A DNA stretch of 64,000 bases from Solirubrobacteraceae bacterium (GTDB lineage: Bacteria; Actinomycetota; Thermoleophilia; Solirubrobacterales; Solirubrobacteraceae). Location of the stretch: positions 16,707 to 80,706 of the forward strand of contig DATBOY010000068.1 of the NCBI GenBank assembly GCA_036561645.1. Direction: 5' to 3'. Position 1 is the stretch's first letter; every line of letters begins with the position of its first letter. The notes under the pieces are model-generated. The model did no database searches and was not told where the DNA came from. It saw only the letters and a program-made list of their open reading frames with translations. Below are positions 56,576-64,000 of this stretch, piece after piece. The position numbers and the translations under genes are program-made.

Positions 56576-59161
56576 TCACTCCTCAAGAGCGAGCGCCGCG
56601 GGAACGCGGGAAGCGACCCAGCCGGGTATGGCTACAACTGCGAGGACCGCAAGGACCACGAGCCCAAGTATCTCCAGCGGCCGCCAGCCCGCGGCCAGGG
56701 TTGCAACCGGAAATCCCGTCACATGCACCAGATAGCCGTCGATCACGATCTGGCCGTAGATGCCAGCGGCGGCCCCGGCAATACAGCCTGCGCTGAGCAT
56801 CAGCGACGATTCCACGAGCAAAATTCGTCGTAGGCGAGGAGGCTTTGCGCCAGAGAGTCGCAGCCCTGCCAAAGGCACCCGCCGCTGCCATATGTTTGAT
56901 CCCAGAGCAGCGGCCATCGCCATGATCGCAGCGACCACCAACAGCGTTGAGATATCACCGAGTCGGCTGAGTCCTTCTCCAGCGAGAGCATCGAACCGGC
57001 TCGTCCTCGCGCTTGCCGTCAGTGTTTCTAGGCCGCTATTGGGGCCAAGTACGGCGTTGATAGAACGCCTCACTCCTTCGACGTTCGTGCCAGGCTTGAG
57101 CGTCACGCCAAGCGCAGTCGGCTGCGAAGTAGCCCAGAACCGGCTGTAGTCGGTGGTATCCATGACCACTGCCCCGGCAGCCCAGCCAAAGTTCGTCGTG
57201 GTCGCGGCGAGCCTGAACTTGGCGACTCCGGTCGGAGTCGGCAGGCTGAAGCTTCCTCCTAGCCTTACGTTTCCTTCTTCTGCGATCTTCTTGGAAACGG
57301 CGACCCAGCCTCCTTCCCGCAGCCTTGTCATCGTGCTCGTGGGGTTGCCCGAGACGATCTGGCTCTTCAGGAGCGCCGATCCAGCGGCGGACGGTCGGGC
57401 GATGACCCACACCCGTCGATTGCCGATATTCATGAACTGGCTCTGGTATACGCCGACGCGCGTCACGCCCGGGATGTTCGCCATGCGCGACACATAGGGA
57501 CCGGGCGCAAAACTGATGGCTCCCGCCGTGTCCCTTGGGTTCAACACCCAAATATCGGCGTCTGCGGTGTATGCGACCGCAAAGTTACGCAGTCCCCTCA
57601 ACAAATCGTTGCGGGCGCCACCCAACGCCACACTCCCAAATATGGCGATCGCACCCGTGATTACCAGCGCCAGGGAGCGCAGCGTGGTGGCCTTCAACGA
57701 CGCGAGCGCAATAGGCAGGATCGTAAGCTTGTCGGCGCGGGCCGCGAGTGCGCGTGCAGCTTCAAGCACGGCTGTGAAAACCAGAGGAACGGCCAGAACC
57801 GTCGCCAACGCGAGGAAGAGGCACGCAAGGAGAGCTAGCGAAGGGTCCAGCACAAAAAGCGCGGTGGCCAACGTCGCCAGTCCGAGAGCGGCCGTGAAGA
57901 GTCTTCGTCGCGCGCGTCTGCCGAGCGCGTTGCCCGGTACGCCGTTCTCGGAATAGATGGCGTCAAGCGCACGTCCACGACGGAGATCCAACAGCGGGAT
58001 CGCAGAGGCGAGAAATGTGGCAGTCACACCGCCTGCCAAAGCCACCACGAGCGGCTGGACTCCAATCACCGTGTTGGTCCCAAGCGTGAAGGCCTGGGCG
58101 AGATACCCCGGTGACTGGTGAAACGCACCCCGAGACAACGCATAGCCCGCCAACAGCCCCACAAGGGAGGCCGCGACTCCCAGGCAAAGCGCCTGGAAGC
58201 TGATCAGCTGAACGATCGCGGTACGCTTGGCGCCCGCCAGACGCAGGTTGGCAATTGCCTGGCGCCGCTCCGGGACGGTGAGCAGCATCGCATTGAATGC
58301 GAAAAGGAAGCCAAGCAGTGCGCTGATCACCGCGAAGAACTGCGTTGCCTGATTACTTGGACGTAGCGCCTGGCGCAGCAGCACGACGTCCTGATCGGCG
58401 GGCGCAACCACCAGCCGTCCGGCGGCAACTGCCCCAAGCTCCCTGCGAACTATCGCTTCACGCCCGGGCTTCGCCTCTACGAGGATGCGTGTTATACGCC
58501 CCGGCAGGCCGGCGAGCTGCTGCAAACGTCGGAGCGGCATGACTGCAACCTGGGCTCGTGACAGTGCACCGAATGCTTCTGGTCCCAGCACCGCCGCCAA
58601 CTTCAGCTGCCATGTCCTACCGCGCAGCTTGAGGGCTATGTCAATGTTGGCCCCGCCGGCATTCTGAAGGTCTACTCCGAGCACGCTCGCAGCCGCTTTG
58701 CTGAGACCGATTCCTCCGGGCGACAAGGCTGCAATCGGAAGCGTGTGGGCCAAACCGTTCAAGATCGCAAGGCTGACATCGGTGCCCGCGAGGTCGACCG
58801 TGATAGAACGGGAGTGCGGTCCTATGATCGTCGCGGTCTGCTCCAGCAGAGGTGCGGCCTGCTTGACACCCGGTAGGCGTTCAACGTGCGCCAGCGTGCT
58901 TTCGTCAAAGCCGTCGGAATCGAGCGCGCGCAGCTGCAATGTCGCGGGACCCACCACTGCATGAGCTACTTCGTTCGCCGAGCCGGCGATGCTCCCATTT
59001 GCGACCGTGACGGCAAAGACGAGCGCCACGGCTACGGCGACCCCTAGACCCGCTAGCAGCTCCTGCGTAGCGTGTACGCGGAGCCGCCGGTGGTAGAGGT
59101 AGACGAGTGTGTACGGCCGCAGCAGAGTGCGCGCTTTCAGAGCTTCCTGTTTCGTCGGCAT
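56576..59161 (-). CDS. ABC transporter permease, double FtsX/MacB-type
   Basis: Two FtsX modules ('ERRQAIANLRLAGA', 'QRRVPLAGLRLSGA') with large extracellular loops; 861 aa. Confidence 0.9.
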   Translation of the reverse strand: MPTKQEALKARTLLRPYTLVYLYHRRLRVHATQELLAGLGVAVAVALVFAVTVANGSIAGSANEVAHAVVGPATLQLRALDSDGFDESTLAHVERLPGVKQAAPLLEQTATIIGPHSRSITVDLAGTDVSLAILNGLAHTLPIAALSPGGIGLSKAAASVLGVDLQNAGGANIDIALKLRGRTWQLKLAAVLGPEAFGALSRAQVAVMPLRRLQQLAGLPGRITRILVEAKPGREAIVRRELGAVAAGRLVVAPADQDVVLLRQALRPSNQATQFFAVISALLGFLFAFNAMLLTVPERRQAIANLRLAGAKRTAIVQLISFQALCLGVAASLVGLLAGYALSRGAFHQSPGYLAQAFTLGTNTVIGVQPLVVALAGGVTATFLASAIPLLDLRRGRALDAIYSENGVPGNALGRRARRRLFTAALGLATLATALFVLDPSLALLACLFLALATVLAVPLVFTAVLEAARALAARADKLTILPIALASLKATTLRSLALVITGAIAIFGSVALGGARNDLLRGLRNFAVAYTADADIWVLNPRDTAGAISFAPGPYVSRMANIPGVTRVGVYQSQFMNIGNRRVWVIARPSAAGSALLKSQIVSGNPTSTMTRLREGGWVAVSKKIAEEGNVRLGGSFSLPTPTGVAKFRLAATTTNFGWAAGAVVMDTTDYSRFWATSQPTALGVTLKPGTNVEGVRRSINAVLGPNSGLETLTASARTSRFDALAGEGLSRLGDISTLLVVAAIMAMAAALGSNIWQRRVPLAGLRLSGAKPPRLRRILLVESSLMLSAGCIAGAAAGIYGQIVIDGYLVHVTGFPVATLAAGWRPLEILGLVVLAVLAVVAIPGWVASRVPAALALEE

Positions 59162-59163
59162 GT

Positions 59164-59895
59164 CTACCGTCGCGCGGTGGAAGGTGGAGGTGTCACCGGA
59201 TCGCGCCCCTCGGTATCCAGGTTGTCCTGCGTGAGCTGCCCATCACGCAGCGTGCAGCGCCGATCGGCGGCCGCCGCAACATCGGGGTCATGGGTGACGA
59301 GCAGCACCGAGGCGCCGCGCTCGTGCGCGATCGAGTGCAGCAGTTCGACGATCTCGCGGCTGCGCGCGGTGTCGAGGTTTCCCGTCGGCTCGTCGGCGAG
59401 GATCAGGCGCGGCTCGCCGACGAGCGCCCGTGCAATCGCGACCCGCTGGCGCTCGCCGCCGGAGAGTTCCTCGGGAGTGTGGCGCAGACGATCGCCGAGG
59501 CCCACGCGCTCAAGCCACGGGACCACACGCGAGCGAGCTTCGCGCGTTCCGACACCGGACAGCAGCAGCTTGATCGAGGCGTTCTCGACCGCCGAGACGC
59601 GCGGCATGAGATGGAAGTTCTGGTAGATGAATCCGACGTCGCGCAGCAGGTAGTCGCTCGCCTCGCTCTCGGAGAACATCGACAGGTCGCGTCCGGCGTA
59701 GCGAACGACGCCCTGCTCGGGCGTGAGCAGCGCGGCGATCAGCAACAGCAGCGTCGTCTTGCCCGACCCGCTCGGCCCCTGCAGGGCGACCATCTCCCCC
59801 GGCGCCACGGCGAAGCTCACGCCGTCCACAGCGCGCACCTCCTCGCCCGAGCCGCGGTAGTGCTTGACGACCCCCTCCAGCTCCAGTGTGCTCAC
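59164..59895 (-). CDS. ABC transporter ATP-binding protein (LolD/MacB-like)
   Basis: Walker A 'GPSGSGKT', 'LSGGERQRVAIARAL', 'LADEPTGNLD', 'VTHD'. Confidence 0.95.
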   Translation of the reverse strand: MSTLELEGVVKHYRGSGEEVRAVDGVSFAVAPGEMVALQGPSGSGKTTLLLLIAALLTPEQGVVRYAGRDLSMFSESEASDYLLRDVGFIYQNFHLMPRVSAVENASIKLLLSGVGTREARSRVVPWLERVGLGDRLRHTPEELSGGERQRVAIARALVGEPRLILADEPTGNLDTARSREIVELLHSIAHERGASVLLVTHDPDVAAAADRRCTLRDGQLTQDNLDTEGRDPVTPPPSTARR

Positions 59896-59935
59896 GCGCT
59901 TTCTCCGCTCTGGTCGCCGCAGACCAGCGTGCCGC

Positions 59936-60658
59936 TCACGCGCTCGCCCGCCGCGCGGCAGGCCGGCGCAGCGGAACGACCGACCCCAGCTCGGGCGAGA
60001 CGGCGCCGTGCAGCTCGCCTTCGCTCAGCGTCAGCGCCCGGTCGGCGCCCGAGAGTCCGGTCGCCACGTCGGTGCTCTTCAGCACCGCGATGCCTTCGTC
60101 GGCGAGCGAGCGCAGCAGCAACAGCACGCTGTCGCGCTCCAGCAGGTCCACGCCGTTGGTCGGCTCGTCGATCACGAGCAGCCGCGGCTGAAGCGCAAGC
60201 GCACGGGCGATCGCCACGCGAATCGTTTCGGCTCCATCCAGTTCGCCGGGGTCGAGCGCGGCGCACCTGCCCGCCCCGACGCGCTGCAGCGCGCGCTGCG
60301 CCAGCGCCGCGGCATCCGCGCGCGACACCCCGCACGCCAGCAGGCCCGCGACGATCTGATCGAGCACGACCCGGCCTTCACCGGGGTGAAAGGAGCGGCG
60401 GCAGTAGCCGATGCCGCCGCCGAGCGCGCCTCCTTCGCGGTCGCTCAGGTCGCGCCCTTCAAAGCGCACGACACCGGAGTCCGGAGCCTCCACCCCGGCG
60501 GCGACCCGCAGCAGCGTCGAGCGACCCGAGCGCCGCGCGCCCCAGATCGCCACCAGCTCGCCCGGCTCGATCTGAAGCGATACGCCCGACAGCACGATGC
60601 GCGGGCGCTCGCCGCGCACGTAGGACTTGCAGACGCCGTCCAGCTCCAGCAGGGTCAT
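59936..60658 (-). CDS. Degenerate ABC ATP-binding protein
   Basis: Walker A 'GARRSGRS', signature 'LDGAE', Walker B 'IDEPT', H-loop 'STD'; ATGA overlap with padR. Confidence 0.8.
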   Translation of the reverse strand: MTLLELDGVCKSYVRGERPRIVLSGVSLQIEPGELVAIWGARRSGRSTLLRVAAGVEAPDSGVVRFEGRDLSDREGGALGGGIGYCRRSFHPGEGRVVLDQIVAGLLACGVSRADAAALAQRALQRVGAGRCAALDPGELDGAETIRVAIARALALQPRLLVIDEPTNGVDLLERDSVLLLLRSLADEGIAVLKSTDVATGLSGADRALTLSEGELHGAVSPELGSVVPLRRPAARRASA

Positions 60659-61209
60659 CGCCCGAAGACTCTGCTTTTCGCCAGAGATCGAAACTCGCGG
60701 CGGGCGTAGTCGATCCACGTGAGCTTCGCTTCCACCTCCGTGCGGCTCGCCTCGGAGGTCAGCCGGTCGATCAAGCCCGTGCTCGCATCCACAGCGGGGC
60801 GAGCGGCGAGCGGCGTGTTCCCGGCCTCGGCCAGGCACACCTGCGAATAGTGCTCGATCACCTCCAACGCCGCGTCGGGCTCCTGCGCGAATACCGCGAG
60901 CTGGCGCACGAACAGGCGCGAACGGCCGCGCTCCTGGCGGACCTGCGCGATCAGCCACTCGCGATAGCCGCGCACGCCTTTGGCCGTGGCCCGGTAGTGG
61001 GGTTTCGGCTGACGGCCCCCGCCGGTCCCGAGGATCTCCTCGATCAGCCCGTGGCCTTCGAGCGTGTCCAGCGCCGTATAGACATGCGAGCTGCTGCTCA
61101 GACGCAGCATCCCGCCGTATGCCCGCTCAAACCGGTGCGCCAACTCGTAACCGTAGCTCGGACGTTCGATGATCAGCCCCAGGAGCGCCCAGTTGACGGG
61201 TGAGCGCAT
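60655..61209 (-). CDS. PadR family transcriptional regulator
   Basis: 'ALLGLIIERPSYGYEL', 'HVYTALDTLEGHGLI', 'HYRATAKG', C-terminal helical domain. Confidence 0.9.
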   Translation of the reverse strand: MRSPVNWALLGLIIERPSYGYELAHRFERAYGGMLRLSSSSHVYTALDTLEGHGLIEEILGTGGGRQPKPHYRATAKGVRGYREWLIAQVRQERGRSRLFVRQLAVFAQEPDAALEVIEHYSQVCLAEAGNTPLAARPAVDASTGLIDRLTSEASRTEVEAKLTWIDYARREFRSLAKSRVFGR

Positions 61210-61341
61210 CGCTGTGACAGCTCCGTCTCCAGAGATCTTCCTGTCGGTGGCGGCATCCGGTACCACGAGCAGGACAGACTAATCGAAATTCTGCTCGCCC
61301 GACTCGTGCCGACTTCCAAAGCCACGGTCGAGTTCCGAGAC

Positions 61342-61368
61342 AGTCAAGACTTAGAACTATCAAGATAG
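61342..61368. promoter_or_regulatory. Two adjacent TC-AA-GA-centred palindromes in the padR/iclR divergent promoter
   Basis: AGTC-AA-GACT (61342-61351) and CTATC-AA-GATAG (61357-61368). Confidence 0.45.
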
Positions 61369-61505
61369 GCCTTATCAGGCGGCCCAGAGCGCCCCATCAT
61401 CCATGGCGTGACCGGAGGACAATCCCTGATGCGAGGACCAGCGTGATGCGCTCAGCCACCTGCCCCGCGCAGGCATCGGTGCCCCCAAGCGTCCCGCAGG
61501 GCGAT

Positions 61506-62303
61506 ATGGCCCGTCTCTCACCATCGCTGATGCGCGGCCTGTCGATCCTGCACTGCTTCACGCCGGAGCGGCCGGTATGGGGCGCGGTGGAGATCGCGCA
61601 GCAGCTCGACATCGGGCAGACCAGCGCGCGGCGGTATCTGACGACGCTGGCGGTCATGGGATACCTCCAGCAGCTCCCGGACGCCGGCAGGCAGCACCGC
61701 TATCGCCTCGGACTGCGCGTCACCGACCTCGGACTGTGCGCCGTGAACTCCACCGGGCTGCGCGAGCATTCCCGAGCGCACCTGGAACTCCTGCGCCAGA
61801 GCAGTGCTCACACCGCGTCGCTGGCGATCCTCGACGTGCCCGAGATCGTCTACGTCGATCGCATCCCCTCCTTCGGGCGAAGCCAAGAGGCCCCCGAGCG
61901 CGGGATCGCGACGGGCTCGCGACTGCCGGCGTACTGCACAGCCCTCGGCAAGGCGCTGCTCGCGCACCTCCCGGCCGACGAGCGCAGCCACCTGATCGCA
62001 GAGATGGTCCTAGCCGAGCGCACGCCCAGCACGATCACCAACCGCCAGGCGCTGTGCACGGAGCTGGACGAGATACGCCAAGCGCGGTTCGCCATCAGCG
62101 ACCAAGAGCTCCTGCGCGGTGTGATCGCGCTCGCCGCGCCGGTCCGCAACGTCGCCGGGGACGTCGTCGCGGCGGTCGGCATCACCGCACACGTCCTGGA
62201 AGGCTCCATGCAGGAGCTGATCGCCGCCGCGCTCCCCAGCGTTCAGCGCGCGGCCAGCGAGATCTCAGGCCAACTCGGCTTCCGCGAGCAGGCAGGGGCG
62301 TAA
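61506..62303 (+). CDS. IclR family transcriptional regulator
   Basis: 'SLMRGLSIL', HTH 'EIAQQLDIGQTSARRYLTTL', 'GSRLPAYCTALGKALLA', 'ALAAPV'. Confidence 0.93.
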   Translation: MARLSPSLMRGLSILHCFTPERPVWGAVEIAQQLDIGQTSARRYLTTLAVMGYLQQLPDAGRQHRYRLGLRVTDLGLCAVNSTGLREHSRAHLELLRQSSAHTASLAILDVPEIVYVDRIPSFGRSQEAPERGIATGSRLPAYCTALGKALLAHLPADERSHLIAEMVLAERTPSTITNRQALCTELDEIRQARFAISDQELLRGVIALAAPVRNVAGDVVAAVGITAHVLEGSMQELIAAALPSVQRAASEISGQLGFREQAGA

Positions 62304-62307
62304 AGCT

Positions 62308-62607
62308 GTGTCGTCGCCGAGAACGCTTCGCTATCAGGTTCTCGTGATGGACTACGGGAACTTCTGCGCAGGCTCGATTCCCGGCTTGACGTGCAAGGAC
62401 TTCGGGCCAAGCCCGGAGCAGGCCCTCGCAGCCGTGCGCGAGCGAGCGCTCGAAGTCCTCAAGGACTACGAGGCGCACAACATGACGCCGTCGGCGCCAC
62501 CACGCCTCACGCTTCAGGAGGTCGAGCTGCCGGCGCCCATGATTCACAGGTCCCACACACATCTCTCAGCGGTGCAGGACGCGGGTGGACCGGCTCGGCG
62601 GCCTTGA
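62308..62607 (+). CDS. HicB-like antitoxin domain protein
   Basis: 'IPGLTC..FGPSPEQALAAVRE' resembles the HicB N-terminal fold; no hicA seen. Confidence 0.55.
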   Translation: MSSPRTLRYQVLVMDYGNFCAGSIPGLTCKDFGPSPEQALAAVRERALEVLKDYEAHNMTPSAPPRLTLQEVELPAPMIHRSHTHLSAVQDAGGPARRP

Positions 62608-62634
62608 AGGCCGAAAGCCGCACCCGGTAGAGGA

Positions 62635-62654
62635 TACACCCGATCAGGTATACT
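62635..62654 (+). promoter_or_regulatory. Palindromic operator overlapping -10 (TATACT) of the HTH-nucleotidyltransferase operon
   Basis: TACACCCGATCAGGTATA (18-bp imperfect palindrome); TATACT 9 nt before ATG. Confidence 0.55.
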
Positions 62655-62663
62655 GACTGCGTC

Positions 62664-62990
62664 ATGACCTCCGGTACCTTGATCCGCTCGGTACGCAAGC
62701 GCCACCGCCTTACGCAGGCGCAGCTCGCGGTACGCGGCGGGACCTCGCAGAACGCGATCAGCCGGATCGAGCGCGACGAGCTCTCCCCATCCGTCGACAC
62801 GCTGCGCAGATTGCTCGCCGTGATGGGCGAGGAGCTGGAGCTGAATACCCAGCCTCTGGCGGGAGACTTCGACCCCGATCATCTCGCGGACTCGATGGCC
62901 CAGAGCATGGACGAACGTCTCGCGCGCTCCTTGGCGTGGAACCGGCTCGGCGGACAGCTGGCAGGCGCGGCGCTCAGCGGCAAGCGATGA
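62664..62990 (+). CDS. XRE-family HTH protein (putative antitoxin)
   Basis: 'LTQAQLAVRGGTSQNAISRIERDELSPSVDTL'. Confidence 0.85.
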   Translation: MTSGTLIRSVRKRHRLTQAQLAVRGGTSQNAISRIERDELSPSVDTLRRLLAVMGEELELNTQPLAGDFDPDHLADSMAQSMDERLARSLAWNRLGGQLAGAALSGKR

Positions 62991-63541
62991 GTCCGATCCG
63001 GCAACGGCGGGCGCCGCGAGAACCCGACGATACGCCACACGACGCACCGACCGACCCGCTCGGCATCTTCCGCGCCCTCAACCGCCACGGCGTCGAGTAC
63101 CTCGTGATCGGCGGCGTCGCCGTGCAGGCATACGGACACGTCCGCACCACTCAGGATGTCGACGTCCTGGTCGCACCGAGCGAGGCCAACCTCGAAAACC
63201 TTGCCGCCGCCCTGAAGCAGCTCGGGGCACGCCTGAAGGGAGTCGATGCGCATCTGCTCGGGATCGACCCGACCGACCCCTCGCATCTGCGCGACGGCGC
63301 CAACTTCGGACTCGCCACTCGAGCCGGTGGACTTGACGTGTGGACAGACGCAGCGGAGCTGAAGGGCGCACGGTCCTGGGAGGAGATGCACAAGCGCGCA
63401 ACCACTGCGACGGTCGCCGACGAGCCCATCCACTTCGTCCACCGCGACGATCTCATTCGCATGAAGCACGCCGCCGGACGCGAGAAGGACCTCCAGGACA
63501 TCGCGGCGCTTACGCACCACGAGTCCGATTCACCCTCCTGA
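62987..63541 (+). CDS. Nucleotidyltransferase-fold protein (putative toxin, DUF6036/AbiEii-like)
   Basis: 'YLVIGGVAV', 'RTTQDVDV', 'LIRMK', 'GREKDLQDI'; ATGA overlap with the HTH gene. Confidence 0.8.
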   Translation: MSPIRQRRAPREPDDTPHDAPTDPLGIFRALNRHGVEYLVIGGVAVQAYGHVRTTQDVDVLVAPSEANLENLAAALKQLGARLKGVDAHLLGIDPTDPSHLRDGANFGLATRAGGLDVWTDAAELKGARSWEEMHKRATTATVADEPIHFVHRDDLIRMKHAAGREKDLQDIAALTHHESDSPS

Positions 63542-63626
63542 CAGCCCGGCGGGATCTGAGCCGCGAGCCGAGCGCGATCAGCTCGGCAAGCCAAGCGCCA
63601 TCTCGGGTAGTGCGCTTTTCGGCCGC

Positions 63627-64000
63627 TCACCGCCCGCCACTGCGCGCGAGCTGCGCCAGACCGACGTCGAGCGGGTCGCGCGCCAGCGCCTGGCGGTAGT
63701 AGACGCGCGCCTGCGCGTAGTCGCCCCCGCGCGCCTCGAAGTCCCCGAGCAGACCGAGCGGCACCGCGCTGGCCGGTTCCAGCCGCCGCGCGTCCAATAG
63801 CTGCGCGCGGGCGGCGGCGCGCTCGCCCAGGCTCTCCAGGGCGCTCGCCTGCAGGTAGTGCGGGTCGGTCGACCACGGGTCGAGGCTCGCCGCCGAGCGC
63901 GCGTCGGCGAGCTGTACCGCCGGCGCGTGGCCGATCTCATCGCGCGCGCGGCGAATGTAGAAGTCCGACAGGTACAGAGCGAGCGTCAGCGCGATCGCGA
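63627..64000 (-). CDS. 3' end of a membrane protein with TPR C-terminus (likely O-antigen ligase family), 5'-truncated
   Basis: Frame not in the supplied ORF list: '...LALYLSDFYIRRAR...ASLDPWS...GDYAQARVYYRQALARDP...GGR*'. Confidence 0.7.
   Translation of the reverse strand, partial: AIALTLALYLSDFYIRRARDEIGHAPAVQLADARSAASLDPWSTDPHYLQASALESLGERAAARAQLLDARRLEPASAVPLGLLGDFEARGGDYAQARVYYRQALARDPLDVGLAQLARSGGR

Noticed and set aside
1-64000. tRNA, rRNA, prophage, integrase or IS elements
   Set aside because: No recognisable motifs, terminal inverted repeats or recombinase ORFs found by eye.

Overview
High-GC bacterial DNA. Gene content (opcA, egtB/egtD, MptB-like mannosyltransferase, tandem-TetR, many Cys-bonded secreted hypotheticals) suggests an actinobacterium, probably Thermoleophilia/Solirubrobacterales (inference). 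1-18.5 kb is mostly housekeeping: zwf-opcA-pgl, egtB-egtD, beta-oxidation enzymes, ECF sigma, arfB, LOG, csp, mscS, uppP. It also holds a strongly structured AT-rich intergenic region near 10 kb. About 18.6-53.3 kb is a large surface-polysaccharide/matrix supercluster. It contains a Wzx/Wzy-type pathway, a separate 7-gene operon around a MshEN (c-di-GMP)-gated processive GT2 synthase, four secreted clan GH-A hydrolases, two collagen-like proteins and an FG-GAP protein. At least eight upstream regions in it share an 11-bp-periodic (G/T)TNAC-N6-(G/T)TNAC box. 53.3-62.3 kb holds the most striking candidate new system: a PadR / 2x ABC ATPase / FtsX-permease operon followed by one ORF fusing a class IB (YtpB/DUF2600-type) terpene synthase to a cis-prenyltransferase, then two secreted proteins, with a divergent IclR. 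The window ends with toxin-antitoxin-like genes and a partial TPR gene. No rRNA, tRNA, CRISPR, integrase or transposase was recognised. All calls come from motif reading by eye; no database searches were run.
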